Of a DNA stretch of 64,000 bases, positions 33,658 to 44,138 are shown piece by piece (position 1 is the first letter of the stretch; the number at the start of each line of letters is the position of its first letter). A program made the position numbers and the translations under genes. Source of the DNA: Candidatus Kaiserbacteria bacterium. Lineage in GTDB: Bacteria; Patescibacteriota; Minisyncoccia; Phycocordibacterales; UBA2100. Where the stretch lies: positions 320,210 to 384,209 of the forward strand of contig CP070993.1 of assembly GCA_017134395.1 (NCBI GenBank), in the 5' to 3' direction. The notes below the pieces were generated by a model that had not been told where the DNA came from, did not search any database, and worked only from the letters and a program-made list of their open reading frames with translations.

Positions 33658-35889
33658 TTATTGAGATAGCGTACGTATCTCTTCAAGTGCTTGGTCTGCG
33701 ATTACAGTGAATTTTGGATATTCTTTTTTTATGTGCAAAACTTCACTGCGTGCGTTATTTAAATCACCTATTGCGACATATATTCTCGCAAGTGAGAAAA
33801 GTGCACCAACATCGTCTTTTTCAACACTTTCATTTGCCACGAGTGCTTTGGACCACATGTCACGTGCTTGTACATGCAGACCCTTACTTATGAGTGCTGC
33901 GAGTATGTCGGTGTCCCCTGCGTATATAGGTGTTTCGCTTAGTAAAGCAATAGCGTCACTCGCTAAATTAGCCCTAATTAATACATTCGCGTATAAAATG
34001 CGAGCTGATTGATATTCTTTTTCTGCTTCAAAAGAAGTTTTTGCGTATGTGAGAGCGCTTTCCAGATCACCTGAATTTGCAGTCGAAGCTACGAGGAGTG
34101 CCAAAATACGTTGTCTGTCTGGACTGAGTTCAAGAGCTCTTTTGAAATTCTCAGTTGCTTTTGCAAAATCACCAAAACTATAGTGTGTTGAACCAATAAA
34201 GAAAGGGTAGCGTGCATCATTAGGCACACGCTCTTGTTGGTGTGTAAGTGAATTAATAGATGCGTTGTACCATTCGTTCTTTTGTTCTGTAGAAACCCAC
34301 GTAGCTGCGGCTACCTTTCTTGCGGCTTCGCTCCACTGTTCAGCAACCTCTTGCGAACCGTAGGTATCAAATGCGTACGCTTTCTCAAATAATTCTAAAG
34401 CTCTATCTACATTAGATACTGCAGACTCTATACCATTTTCTTGATCTTGATTTGCTTGCAGTTGTGCCACATGTATAGCCGACAAAGCATCAAGTAGTGT
34501 TGTTGATGTACGCCACGGTTGTATGTTTATAAACCATATAGAAATACCGATAGCGAGAACGAGGAGAGGTGCCCCTACTAATACACCAATCTTTTCTGAA
34601 AGAATCAATGTCGTCTGTTCTTTATTTTTCCTAAAGGTCCATACATCATGTGCAGATCCATATATCCATGCGAGTACTGTGAAGAACAGGAGGTAGCTTA
34701 TAACATTATCAAACACTGTTAGGTTATGTATTCCGTACGCAGCGAGTAGCCCTAACAGCAACCACTTTTGGATAATTGTGAAAGCCTCTGTTCTATAGAG
34801 TGTCCATACTGTCGTAAGGAAAATAGAAATATATGTGAGCAACCCAAGAATTCCTGCCGCGATTAACCAGTCAAAAACAACGTTGTGTGTTCTATCGAAC
34901 CACGGTTCTTGACCATACATTCGAGGGTCGTAATACTTATTGAATACGAAGTTGAAGTTCTCTTGACCCCACCCTAGCAATGGCCGCTCCTTAACACCCT
35001 CCCACGCAACTCCCCATATAAGTGTACGAGCGTATACCGTCCCTTCGGAAAGTGAAAGAGTTGCGAACCTTTTAAGAACAGGGCTGTCCTGCACAAATGC
35101 TGTGTCTTTAGCAATCCAAAATGATCCAACACCTAAGACCATGACCACAGTAAGTAAAGCGGCACCAAGCCTAACTTTTCTGTTACCTTTGAGAGATAGC
35201 GAGATTCCAATAACAGCTAGCAACAGTCCCCCAATCACACCAAGTGTTGCACCTCTTGTCGCGGTAAAAAATAGTACGGTAAAGAGAAGCGGTAATGTAA
35301 TGGCAGTAAGAATTTGCTCAGTGCGTTCACTATTGCGCCGTGCTAGTAAAACTAGGGCAATGAAAATATGGAACAAAACGTACACTGCTAAATAAATAGG
35401 ATTTCCCAATGTTGAATCTAAACGACCCTTTTCTGTCAAAAGGAGTTGCCCGATAGCATGCATCGAAACAAATGTGCTGACGACAAGAGATGCGCGCCAA
35501 AGCCATAACCATAGGTTTTGTGTATTCATAACAGCTCCAGCTGCGATTACATACATGAGTGCGTGTATCAACGTCACTAGTCCGTCCATTCTCTCGAAAT
35601 TGCTCCAGATACTTTTAAACGGGTTCTCTCCAAACAAATCAGCCACTGCAACAACCGCCACGAAAGCAAGAATCGATAGTAATAGTGCCGTCCATCGTGG
35701 ACGATACGCAGCGTTGAGTAATGCGAGCAGAATCCAAGCACCAAACATTATTTCAATGATAGAGCGGAAGGCTATATTTTTTCCAACGATGTACGGAAAA
35801 AACGTACTGCCAGAGACAATGAAAACAATCAGTGGCAATGAGAATACACCTGCCAATACAATTCCTCGTAATACCTTCTCTAAATTCAC
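33658..35889 (-). CDS. polytopic membrane protein with an O-antigen-ligase/Wzy_C-like domain and C-terminal TPR repeats (PglL/O-oligosaccharyltransferase-like or O-antigen ligase-like)
   Basis: 743 aa. The N-terminal half has at least 10 hydrophobic helices with FFTATRGATLGVIGGLLLAV (Wzy_C-like). The C-terminal ~300 aa are TPR-like (ALELSPDRQRILALL..., AIGDLNNARSE...). Confidence 0.6.
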   Translation of the reverse strand: MNLEKVLRGIVLAGVFSLPLIVFIVSGSTFFPYIVGKNIAFRSIIEIMFGAWILLALLNAAYRPRWTALLLSILAFVAVVAVADLFGENPFKSIWSNFERMDGLVTLIHALMYVIAAGAVMNTQNLWLWLWRASLVVSTFVSMHAIGQLLLTEKGRLDSTLGNPIYLAVYVLFHIFIALVLLARRNSERTEQILTAITLPLLFTVLFFTATRGATLGVIGGLLLAVIGISLSLKGNRKVRLGAALLTVVMVLGVGSFWIAKDTAFVQDSPVLKRFATLSLSEGTVYARTLIWGVAWEGVKERPLLGWGQENFNFVFNKYYDPRMYGQEPWFDRTHNVVFDWLIAAGILGLLTYISIFLTTVWTLYRTEAFTIIQKWLLLGLLAAYGIHNLTVFDNVISYLLFFTVLAWIYGSAHDVWTFRKNKEQTTLILSEKIGVLVGAPLLVLAIGISIWFINIQPWRTSTTLLDALSAIHVAQLQANQDQENGIESAVSNVDRALELFEKAYAFDTYGSQEVAEQWSEAARKVAAATWVSTEQKNEWYNASINSLTHQQERVPNDARYPFFIGSTHYSFGDFAKATENFKRALELSPDRQRILALLVASTANSGDLESALTYAKTSFEAEKEYQSARILYANVLIRANLASDAIALLSETPIYAGDTDILAALISKGLHVQARDMWSKALVANESVEKDDVGALFSLARIYVAIGDLNNARSEVLHIKKEYPKFTVIADQALEEIRTLSQ

Positions 35890-35971
35890 TCAGTGATTAT
35901 AGCAACGTCATATCCTCTCGCAATCTTAGATAATAATAGTATTATAGAAGTTCATTCAACACGTCTCATTT

Positions 35972-37054
35972 ATGAAAAAAGCACTCATTACAGGAATAAC
36001 CGGACAAGACGGATCGTATCTTGCAGAACTGCTTTTGGAAAAAGGATATGAAGTTCACGGTATTATTCGTCGCTCAAGCTCGTTCAATACAGAACGTATA
36101 GATCATTTATACCAAGGACCTGAAGAAAAAAATCGACATCTTGTTCTTCATTATGGTGACTTAAGTGGAACAACTAGCCTCATTCGCATCATTCAAGAGA
36201 TACAACCTGATGAGATCTATAATCTGGGCGCAATGAGTCATGTAAAAGTTTCGTTTGAAACTCCCGAATATACTGGCGACATTGACGGACTCGGTGCACT
36301 GCGTCTTCTTGAAGCACTACGTATTCTTGGACTCGAAAGGAAAACTCGTTTTTATCAAGCCTCTACTTCAGAAATGTTTGGTGCTAGTAAAGCACCTCAA
36401 TCTCTAGAAACTCCGTTTTACCCAAGAAGTCCTTATGGTGTTGCGAAACTCTATGCTCATTGGACTACTATTAATTATCGCGAGGCCTATGGGTTACATG
36501 CGAGTACAGGTATTCTTTTTAATCACGAATCACCACGTCGAGGTGAGACTTTTGTAACACGCAAGATCACTCGTGCTGCTGCTCGTATAAAACTTGGTGT
36601 TCAGGAAACCTTATATCTCGGGAACTTGGATGCGCTACGCGATTGGGGACACGCCCGTGACTATGTGGAGGGTATGTGGCTCATGCTTCAACAGAATACT
36701 CCTGACGATTATATTCTAGCTTCTGGCGAACAACATAGTGTTCGGGAATTTTGCGAAATTGCATTCAATAGGATTGGTATCGAATTGAAATTTAAAGGAA
36801 CTGGCGAGAATGAAAAAGGTATTGACGTTAAGACTGGTAATACAATTGTGGCAGTTGACCCACGCTACTATCGCCCTACCGAGGTTGAAACATTACTTGG
36901 TGACCCTAGTTACGCTGAACAGAAACTGAGTTGGAAACGCGAAGTTTCTTTTACTCAACTCATTGCAGAAATGGTAGATCACGATATGCATGAAACAAAA
37001 CGTGAACTACACTTAAAAAATGGTGGTTTTGAAGTACGAGCTGATTCGGAATAA
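35972..37054 (+). CDS. gmd: GDP-mannose 4,6-dehydratase
   Basis: 360 aa. [47 protein letters not shown] matches Gmd almost residue for residue, and the catalytic triad region is present. Confidence 0.9.
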   Translation: MKKALITGITGQDGSYLAELLLEKGYEVHGIIRRSSSFNTERIDHLYQGPEEKNRHLVLHYGDLSGTTSLIRIIQEIQPDEIYNLGAMSHVKVSFETPEYTGDIDGLGALRLLEALRILGLERKTRFYQASTSEMFGASKAPQSLETPFYPRSPYGVAKLYAHWTTINYREAYGLHASTGILFNHESPRRGETFVTRKITRAAARIKLGVQETLYLGNLDALRDWGHARDYVEGMWLMLQQNTPDDYILASGEQHSVREFCEIAFNRIGIELKFKGTGENEKGIDVKTGNTIVAVDPRYYRPTEVETLLGDPSYAEQKLSWKREVSFTQLIAEMVDHDMHETKRELHLKNGGFEVRADSE

Positions 37055-37075
37055 TTGCGATAATATATAAAGATT

Positions 37076-38014
37076 ATGGAAAAGAACTCAAAAATCTTTA
37101 TAGCAGGACATCAGGGGTTGGTTGGCTCTGCCATTGTTCGCAAACTAGAAACTGAAGGCTATACTAATAGTATTACTCGTACTCGTAACGAATTAGACTT
37201 ACTTGACCAACAAGCTGTGGCTGATTTCTTTGCCAATGAGAAACCAGAGTACGTATTCCAAGCCGCCGCGAAAGTTGGCGGTATTATGGCAAATAAAACT
37301 TATCCTGCTCATTTTATTTATGAGAATCTACAAATCCAGAATAACATCATACATTCTGCGTATGTGAATAATGTGAATAAGCTCATATTCCTTGGTTCCT
37401 CTTGCATTTATCCAAAGATGGCAGAACAACCAATAAAAGAAGATTCCCTTCTCACTGGACCTCTCGAATCGACTAATGACGCTTATGCCATTGCTAAGAT
37501 AGCAGGTATCAAGTTATGTCAATCCTATAATCAACAATACGGCACCAACTTTATAAGTCTCATGCCAACTAATCTTTATGGACCAGGTGATAATTTCGAT
37601 CCGCAGACATCGCATGTACTCCCCGCTTTTATCAGAAAGTTCCATGAGGCTAAAAAGTCAAATATCCCAAGTGTGACGTTATGGGGTAGTGGTAATGCAA
37701 TGCGCGAATTTTTGCATGTTGACGATCTTGCTGATGCTTGTATCCACTTGATGAAATATTATGATGGCACTGAAATAGTTAATGTCGGCACAGGCAAAGA
37801 CATGACCATAAAGGATCTAGCAGCCACTGTACAAGAGATTGTCGGGTATAAAGGAGATATTATCTGGGATACTTCAAAACCAGATGGTACCCCAAGAAAA
37901 CTTCTTGATGTTTCTAAACTTTCTGCACTTGGATGGGAACCTAAGATAAAATTTATGGATGGTATCGTTGAAACGTATGAATGGTTCCAAGTAAATCATG
38001 GACGACATGATTAG
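37076..38014 (+). CDS. fcl: GDP-L-fucose synthase family (Fcl, or the homologous GDP-L-colitose synthase ColC)
   Basis: 312 aa. [34 protein letters not shown] (YxxxK), and [10 protein letters not shown]. It sits immediately downstream of gmd. Confidence 0.85.
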   Translation: MEKNSKIFIAGHQGLVGSAIVRKLETEGYTNSITRTRNELDLLDQQAVADFFANEKPEYVFQAAAKVGGIMANKTYPAHFIYENLQIQNNIIHSAYVNNVNKLIFLGSSCIYPKMAEQPIKEDSLLTGPLESTNDAYAIAKIAGIKLCQSYNQQYGTNFISLMPTNLYGPGDNFDPQTSHVLPAFIRKFHEAKKSNIPSVTLWGSGNAMREFLHVDDLADACIHLMKYYDGTEIVNVGTGKDMTIKDLAATVQEIVGYKGDIIWDTSKPDGTPRKLLDVSKLSALGWEPKIKFMDGIVETYEWFQVNHGRHD

Positions 38015-39170
38015 ATTGATGGAAAAAAGCTTTTTCAAGAACGAGGAAACTAAAGAGGCATTGATAGAATTCATTAGAAACACTGACCGTTTCAGTATGG
38101 GTCAACAATGCGCAGAATTTGAAACTGCTTTCGCAAAATGGCAGGGACGTAAGTATGCTGCTTTTGTATCAAGCGGTAGCATGGCTAACTTAGTCCTTAT
38201 TCAATCGCTCCTCAATAGTGGAAAATTACAAAAAGGTGACAAAGTTGGGTTTTCAGCTGTTACTTGGCCAACCAATGTGATGCCGCTTTTACAGCTTGGC
38301 TTAGAACCTGTGCCACTTGATTGTGAATTAGACACACTTAATACTTCAAGTGCTCAGTTAGTTGAATTGTTATCGCACACCGACCTGAAAGCTTTTTTTA
38401 TAACTAACGTACTTGGTTTTGCTGACGATATTGATACGATTACGAATATATGTAGAGAACGAGGTATCCTTCTCATTGAAGACAATTGTGAATCTATCGG
38501 AACTAAACTCAACGATACAAAACTAGGAAATTTTGGTCTAGCATCAACATTCTCTACTTTTATCGGACACCACCTCTCTACGATTGAAGGTGGTGTCGTC
38601 TGCACTGATGATGAAGATTTATACCATCACTTACTTATGTGCCGTGCTCACGGCTGGGATAGAAATTTACCTGAGCAATACAAAAATGACCTGCGCTCAA
38701 AAAATGACGTGGATGACTTTTATTCACTGTATACCTTTTATGAACTTGCTTACAATGCTCGCCCAACGGAAATCCAGGGGTTCTTGGGAAATCATCAGAT
38801 TCAATACTTAGACCAGATGATTGAGCAGAGACATCTAAACTTTGAAGAGCTGAATGCGGCAGTAATTAATGCTGGAGCAATAGGGATTAATTCTAGTCAC
38901 CTTTCTCTCGTTTCAAACTTTTCAATTCCAGTCGTCTTTAAGGAAATTGAACCATTTGAAATACTCAGAGATCTTTTTATTAAGAATGGAGTAGAGATTA
39001 GGCCGATTATTGCCGGCAATATATTAAATCAGCCATTTTATAAAAAGCAGGGCTTGCATTCTTCACGATTGCCAAATGCTGAAATCATCCACAACAATGG
39101 CTTCTATTTTACAAACCGGCCTGATCTTACAAATCAAGATAAAGATCTGCTTATAAAAATTCTTTCTTGA
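37998..39170 (+). CDS. DegT/DnrJ/EryC1-family PLP enzyme with His-His in place of the Schiff-base lysine. This makes it ColD-like (GDP-4-keto-6-deoxy-D-mannose 3-dehydratase), not an aminotransferase.
   Basis: 390 aa. It has the DegT fold motifs ([24 protein letters not shown]). At the position of the PLP lysine (FSF..xK....GEGG) the sequence is [15 protein letters not shown], with H191/H192 at nt 38568..38573. The ColD active site uses a histidine here (established knowledge). The gene follows gmd and fcl and overlaps the fcl stop. Confidence 0.55.
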   Translation: MDDMIRLMEKSFFKNEETKEALIEFIRNTDRFSMGQQCAEFETAFAKWQGRKYAAFVSSGSMANLVLIQSLLNSGKLQKGDKVGFSAVTWPTNVMPLLQLGLEPVPLDCELDTLNTSSAQLVELLSHTDLKAFFITNVLGFADDIDTITNICRERGILLIEDNCESIGTKLNDTKLGNFGLASTFSTFIGHHLSTIEGGVVCTDDEDLYHHLLMCRAHGWDRNLPEQYKNDLRSKNDVDDFYSLYTFYELAYNARPTEIQGFLGNHQIQYLDQMIEQRHLNFEELNAAVINAGAIGINSSHLSLVSNFSIPVVFKEIEPFEILRDLFIKNGVEIRPIIAGNILNQPFYKKQGLHSSRLPNAEIIHNNGFYFTNRPDLTNQDKDLLIKILS

Positions 39171-39182
39171 ATATAAATTTAT

Positions 39183-40190
39183 ATGCCTTCTTACACCTTT
39201 AACTACATTGTTACAATCCACAATAAACAAGACCTAATTGAGTCAGTGATGATGGGTTTGATCAGCAGCTGTGGAGAGAATAGTACAATCTACCCTGTCC
39301 TTGATGGCTGCACTGATGACACTGAAAAAATTATAGATGGTTTGATAGAAAAAAACAAAAATATTTCTATAAAGAAAATATACGCCCCCGATGTTCATGA
39401 GATAAAATCAATAAACTTAGCACTCAAACAAATACCTCAAAAAGGCAAAGCGTTAAATATAACGCTGCAGGATGATGTTATTTTGTCTGACAAAAATCTG
39501 GAAGAGAATTTGGCAAAAATCTATGATGAGCTTGGGTTTGAAAATGTTGGGACACTTAGTTTCCGACATGGCACAAGCTTAATCCTCGATCATCGTAAGA
39601 AAGAAGTTCGAGAAAAAGGTTTAATTGAGAGTTGTTTTGGTGTAGGTATGTCAAATACGATACTCCTCCCTTATCACCTTGTAGAACGGATGGTGAGTGT
39701 CCGTAGCCCTGAGTGTATTTCAAGCTACGTACTAGAAAATGTTGGATATCTAGATGAAGCACTTGCCCCCTACACTTGGGATAATCACGACCTCTCGATA
39801 CGATGTCTTAAAAAGGGCTTGCGTAACTTTGTTTTTGCTCTCCCTTTTGTTTCTGATGTTCAATGGGGCGGTATGCGCACGAACCCTCATCCAGAATTTG
39901 ACCGCATTCAAATTCGTAATAAACAGTATCTTTATAATAAACATCATGATTTTTTGATGCAGTTTAAAAAAACAAACAGATACCTTGAAGTACGTCTGGC
40001 ACAACCATTCTTACTGACCACTCTTATCACTGACCAGTCACCCGTGATTATTGATGTAATTAAAAATTACCAATTGAAGCGTTCACAATTACTAAACTCA
40101 AAATGGAAGGAATTCTATATTGATGTAATCAGAAAAAATTTGCGTGATTTATTTTACACTTTATTGAGGGTTAAAAGAATCTTCGGGTAA
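39183..40190 (+). CDS. putative GT2-like (GT-A fold) glycosyltransferase
   Basis: 335 aa. The N-terminal region reads YIVTIHNKQDLIESVMMGLISS...IYPVLDGCTDDTEKII, which is GT2-like (nucleotide-binding D..DD pattern), and there is a QDDVIL motif. The assignment is weak. Confidence 0.4.
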   Translation: MPSYTFNYIVTIHNKQDLIESVMMGLISSCGENSTIYPVLDGCTDDTEKIIDGLIEKNKNISIKKIYAPDVHEIKSINLALKQIPQKGKALNITLQDDVILSDKNLEENLAKIYDELGFENVGTLSFRHGTSLILDHRKKEVREKGLIESCFGVGMSNTILLPYHLVERMVSVRSPECISSYVLENVGYLDEALAPYTWDNHDLSIRCLKKGLRNFVFALPFVSDVQWGGMRTNPHPEFDRIQIRNKQYLYNKHHDFLMQFKKTNRYLEVRLAQPFLLTTLITDQSPVIIDVIKNYQLKRSQLLNSKWKEFYIDVIRKNLRDLFYTLLRVKRIFG

Positions 40191-40277
40191 ACTTCTCACA
40201 TGAGTATTTTGTGGGTCAAAAACAAAAATATAGAAGGTTATCTGTATGTTTACGTCGTATTCTAAAAAACGCCTAAA

Positions 40278-41549
40278 ATGAAAAACTTACTAAAAACGAA
40301 AATGCCATTCTCTTTTTATGGCTTGAGACGTTACGCTGGCAGTGCTGGCTGGTCACTTTTCGGCAAATTAATAACCATGAGCATTGGTTTATTTGCCACA
40401 CTTTATATTGCCCGAGCACTTGGACCCACCAATTTTGGAGAGTTGAGTTACGCGCTTAGTTTCATTGCCTTATTCTCCTTTATTGCTTCGCTAGGCATCG
40501 ACAACGTTCTCTACCGAGAACTTGTAAAAAACCCAGGGCAGAAAAACTTTTTGCTAGGATCTGCTCTCGTCATCAAGCTCACTACCGGTAGCGGTGCGGC
40601 TGTATTAGCAATTCTCACTGCCTGGATATTATCGTCTCCTGATGTTTCTTTACTGCTCATCGCCCTCTTGTCTATTACCTTCATAAGTCAATCTGTATTT
40701 TTTATAAGTTATGAATTTGGCGCAGCAGTCAAAGCACGTGCAGTCGCTTTGCTTTCAATTTTTGTTGTTATCGTTATCAACTTTTTAAAAATTGGTGCTA
40801 TTTACTTAGGTGGCGGAGTTATTTACTTAGCGATCATCTTAGTGTTTGAATCCTTGCTCTATGCAATAGGATACATATTCATCCGTCAAAGAACTTTCGG
40901 TACTCTTAGAGAATGGAAATTTGACCTTTCGACCACCAAAGGTTTATTGATAGATTCATGGCCATATATGTTTATCACTGCCTTCGCTCTGATATACTCT
41001 CGCGTCGATCAAGTTCTACTTAAAAACTTGATTGATTCAACTGAAGTCGGTTTATACGATGCTGCTGTCCGATTGAGTGAATTGTGGTATTTTATCCCGA
41101 CACTGCTGGCAGGATCCTTGCTCCCTGCGCTTATTAATGCAAAACAGCATTCATTAGAAGATTATATTCACCGTTTTATTTTACTCATTCTTCTTTCTTT
41201 TGGATTAGCCGTTTCTATCGCTATTGGTGTTTATTTACTTGCGCCAACTATTGTCCACGTAATTTATGGTCCTGATTTTGTAGGAACCGCCGGCATTTTA
41301 CGCATCTACATCTGGGCACTTATACCAATGTCGCTAATAATTGTTATTAATCAATTTTTCCTTGCTGAAAATGAGCGTTTTATGATATTTGTTTCGGCTT
41401 TTTCCGGCATGTTTATTAATATTGTGGCAAATATTTGGCTCATCCCACTTTATCAAGGGATTGGTGCTGCTATAGCTACTCTTATATCAAGCTGTGTAAT
41501 GGTTGCTGTTTCCACGTTGTTGTACGTAGTATACAAAAGGTTATCATGA
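40278..41549 (+). CDS. Wzx-type oligosaccharide flippase (polysaccharide biosynthesis protein, MOP superfamily)
   Basis: 423 aa with about 12 predicted TM helices. The N-terminus SLFGKLITMSIGLFATLYIARALGPTNFGELSYALSF is typical of Polysacc_synt/Wzx. Confidence 0.7.
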   Translation: MKNLLKTKMPFSFYGLRRYAGSAGWSLFGKLITMSIGLFATLYIARALGPTNFGELSYALSFIALFSFIASLGIDNVLYRELVKNPGQKNFLLGSALVIKLTTGSGAAVLAILTAWILSSPDVSLLLIALLSITFISQSVFFISYEFGAAVKARAVALLSIFVVIVINFLKIGAIYLGGGVIYLAIILVFESLLYAIGYIFIRQRTFGTLREWKFDLSTTKGLLIDSWPYMFITAFALIYSRVDQVLLKNLIDSTEVGLYDAAVRLSELWYFIPTLLAGSLLPALINAKQHSLEDYIHRFILLILLSFGLAVSIAIGVYLLAPTIVHVIYGPDFVGTAGILRIYIWALIPMSLIIVINQFFLAENERFMIFVSAFSGMFINIVANIWLIPLYQGIGAAIATLISSCVMVAVSTLLYVVYKRLS

Positions 41550-41598
41550 GCTTATATTGTTTTAAGGAAACAAAAAGTATTATAATCCACCCCTAAAT

Positions 41599-42471
41599 AT
41601 GAAAACCTCCGACACACGATCGATTGTCACATCTGCCTCTAACAAATTTTTTCCATCTGTTTTAAATTTAATTGGTTCGATAAAAGAAAATTACGAAGAA
41701 CATCCACATATCTACGTTTGGGATCTTGGCTTATTTCCAACATTTCGTTACGAACTTGCCACTATTGACGGGGTCACTGTCGTACCAATGCCCCACTTCA
41801 ATTCTTTTTGGAGGAAATGCTACACATGGAAAACATATATTTTTACTAAACCATTCACTGACATAACTTTATATTTGGACGCCGGTACGCAAGTCTTACA
41901 GCCACTCGATGAAGTGTTTGCGCAAATTAAAAAAGATGGATATATAGCGGTCGGACAAGACATCTCGTGCGAATTGCTAGTGCCACGTGAGTACATAACT
42001 ACCCTTTCAATGCGTGTACCAGAACTCCAAAAAGAAGTTGTCACCGCTGGAATATTCGGTTTCTCTAAGCATTACGCTGACATACAGAAAGTGATCGAGG
42101 CCACGCATGACGCATCTTTATGTGGACTCTGTCTTGGATTTTCCCCCAGTGAACAATGGAAAAATAAACGTCCGAACAAGACTTTTTTTGTAAGAGATTG
42201 TAAGTTATTTCGACACGACACTACCTTACTGAGCGTTTTTCTCCACAAAATAATGCCTGACGCTAAAATAACCGACCTATCTTTATTTTCTGCTGAAAGA
42301 CATGGTGGAGAACAATTTGTCTGGAACCTGCGTTTACTGTACTCAAAACTTGATTACATCTCTCCTAGTTATACCAAATCAAAGAAACATGTTATCACTT
42401 TGATAAATAGAGCGTATGTGCAAGTATTCTTTATCCTAAAGAGAATTAGTAAAATAGTTAAAAGAAACTAG
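41599..42471 (+). CDS. hypothetical protein of the glycan island (possibly a GT-A-fold glycosyltransferase)
   Basis: 290 aa with no confident motif. It lies in the operonic context between wzx and GT2 genes. Confidence 0.3.
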   Translation: MKTSDTRSIVTSASNKFFPSVLNLIGSIKENYEEHPHIYVWDLGLFPTFRYELATIDGVTVVPMPHFNSFWRKCYTWKTYIFTKPFTDITLYLDAGTQVLQPLDEVFAQIKKDGYIAVGQDISCELLVPREYITTLSMRVPELQKEVVTAGIFGFSKHYADIQKVIEATHDASLCGLCLGFSPSEQWKNKRPNKTFFVRDCKLFRHDTTLLSVFLHKIMPDAKITDLSLFSAERHGGEQFVWNLRLLYSKLDYISPSYTKSKKHVITLINRAYVQVFFILKRISKIVKRN

Positions 42472-42474
42472 GTT

Positions 42475-43173
42475 ATGTCTATTTCAATCATTATTTCAAT
42501 GTATCGTACTGATCAGCATCTTGATAGATTTTTGTATGATGCCACGAAATTGAGTCATGCCTTGAAACTGGCGAAAGTCGATCACAACTTCATTTTAATT
42601 GTTAATGACGGGACTAAAAAAGAAAGGTCTGCATTGGCTAGTCTCGCAAGTCAGTTCAAAGTTTTGTTTGTTGAACGCGAACCAATCTACGCTAGTTGGA
42701 ACAGAGGGGTAAAGGAAGCTGAAGGGAAATTTGTTACCTTCTGGGGAGTGGACGACACTCGTTTTGGCGAGGCAATTATTGATGGTCTCAACGCCCTACA
42801 AAATAGTAGAGCAGATATTGGTTACTTCCCCTTCCGTTATCATCGATTCGTACAAGTATTCGGTTTGAAAATCTTAGCAAAAGTAAAAACATTTACCCCA
42901 CCAAAATTTGAAAAAGAACGTTTTCTTAAAGAAATGCACCTTGGCCCACACTTTATAGCACGGCGCTCGCTTTTTGAGCGCGTCGGTTACTTCGATGAAT
43001 CATTTAAAATCGCCGGTGATTATGAATTCCAAACAAGAGCAGTTAAAGCGGGCGCTTACCTTATACGCATCTTATCTATCAGTGGAATATTCCGGAACGA
43101 CGGGACTACCCTTTCGGGTTCCCGTAATAAATTGCAAGCAGAAGAAAATGAACGAGCAACTGTATACATATGA
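42475..43173 (+). CDS. GT2-family glycosyltransferase
   Basis: 232 aa. ISIIISMYRTDQHL...FILIVNDGT is a GT2 N-terminal nucleotide-sugar binding pattern. Confidence 0.5.
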   Translation: MSISIIISMYRTDQHLDRFLYDATKLSHALKLAKVDHNFILIVNDGTKKERSALASLASQFKVLFVEREPIYASWNRGVKEAEGKFVTFWGVDDTRFGEAIIDGLNALQNSRADIGYFPFRYHRFVQVFGLKILAKVKTFTPPKFEKERFLKEMHLGPHFIARRSLFERVGYFDESFKIAGDYEFQTRAVKAGAYLIRILSISGIFRNDGTTLSGSRNKLQAEENERATVYI

Positions 43174-44096
43174 AAACTATTACACTCCTCCCTGTAAAAA
43201 ATGAAGCTTGGATACTTCCCTACACATTAGAAAATTTTTCCCAATTCTCTGATCATATTATTATTGCAGACCAGCATTCTAGCGACGGATCTCGAGAGAT
43301 ATACAAACGATTTCCTAAAGTATCAGTTATCGATAACAACTCAACCGGTGCTTCAAATAAGATACGCTGGCGATTACTGAGAGAGGCACGTAAAATCCCT
43401 GGGAATAACCTCATTATCTGCCTCGACGCTGATGAGCTCCTTTCTCCAAAAGTAGTTAGAACAATGAAAAAATTAAGTAACGGAAAAGCCATTTCTTTCC
43501 AAGCTAATTGGATACAATTAATAGAAGATGGGACGAAATACAGGATTGACGGTGTATGGAAAGATAGTGTAAAAGAGTTTGCCTTTATTGATGATAGACT
43601 AAGTGTACAATACGACGAAAAAGAATTGTTGATTGACCATACGGCTCGCATACCAAGTATCAAAACTCAATTCAAAGTGGAGTATCCGATATTGCACCTC
43701 CATTATATGGCAAAAGCGCGTTCTGAAATAAAGCAGGTATGGTATATGTGTATAGAATTGCTTAATGATGTCAAACCATTCCGCATTAATCACCGTTACG
43801 CTGCTGCAAAATTCAAAAACATTATATCAGCACCCATTGAATCAAAATGGGTAGAAAATATCACCATGCCTCCTTTAGATGTTTTCGCTGATACTTACGC
43901 AAAAAGACGCGACGAAGTCTCTGATATGTTCGTAGAGAAAGGTATACTGTATTTTGAACCGCTCGATATTTGGCACATCCCCGAATTACGGGACTTATTT
44001 ATAAAAGAGGTTGGGCGTGAGCCCAAACCATCTTTGGCACCAAGATGGTTATTAAGGCTCAATGATATAAGAAATGCGCTTAAAATAAAGAAATAA
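43170..44096 (+). CDS. putative glycosyltransferase (GT-A-like, DxD motif)
   Basis: 308 aa. ITLLPVKNEAWILPYTLENF...HIIIADQHSSDGS...ICLDADELL. Its start overlaps the upstream stop by 4 nt. Confidence 0.4.
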   Translation: MKTITLLPVKNEAWILPYTLENFSQFSDHIIIADQHSSDGSREIYKRFPKVSVIDNNSTGASNKIRWRLLREARKIPGNNLIICLDADELLSPKVVRTMKKLSNGKAISFQANWIQLIEDGTKYRIDGVWKDSVKEFAFIDDRLSVQYDEKELLIDHTARIPSIKTQFKVEYPILHLHYMAKARSEIKQVWYMCIELLNDVKPFRINHRYAAAKFKNIISAPIESKWVENITMPPLDVFADTYAKRRDEVSDMFVEKGILYFEPLDIWHIPELRDLFIKEVGREPKPSLAPRWLLRLNDIRNALKIKK

Positions 44097-44138
44097 AAGT
44101 TAGCCTACTAAACTTCAAATCGTTCATAGACATTTACA

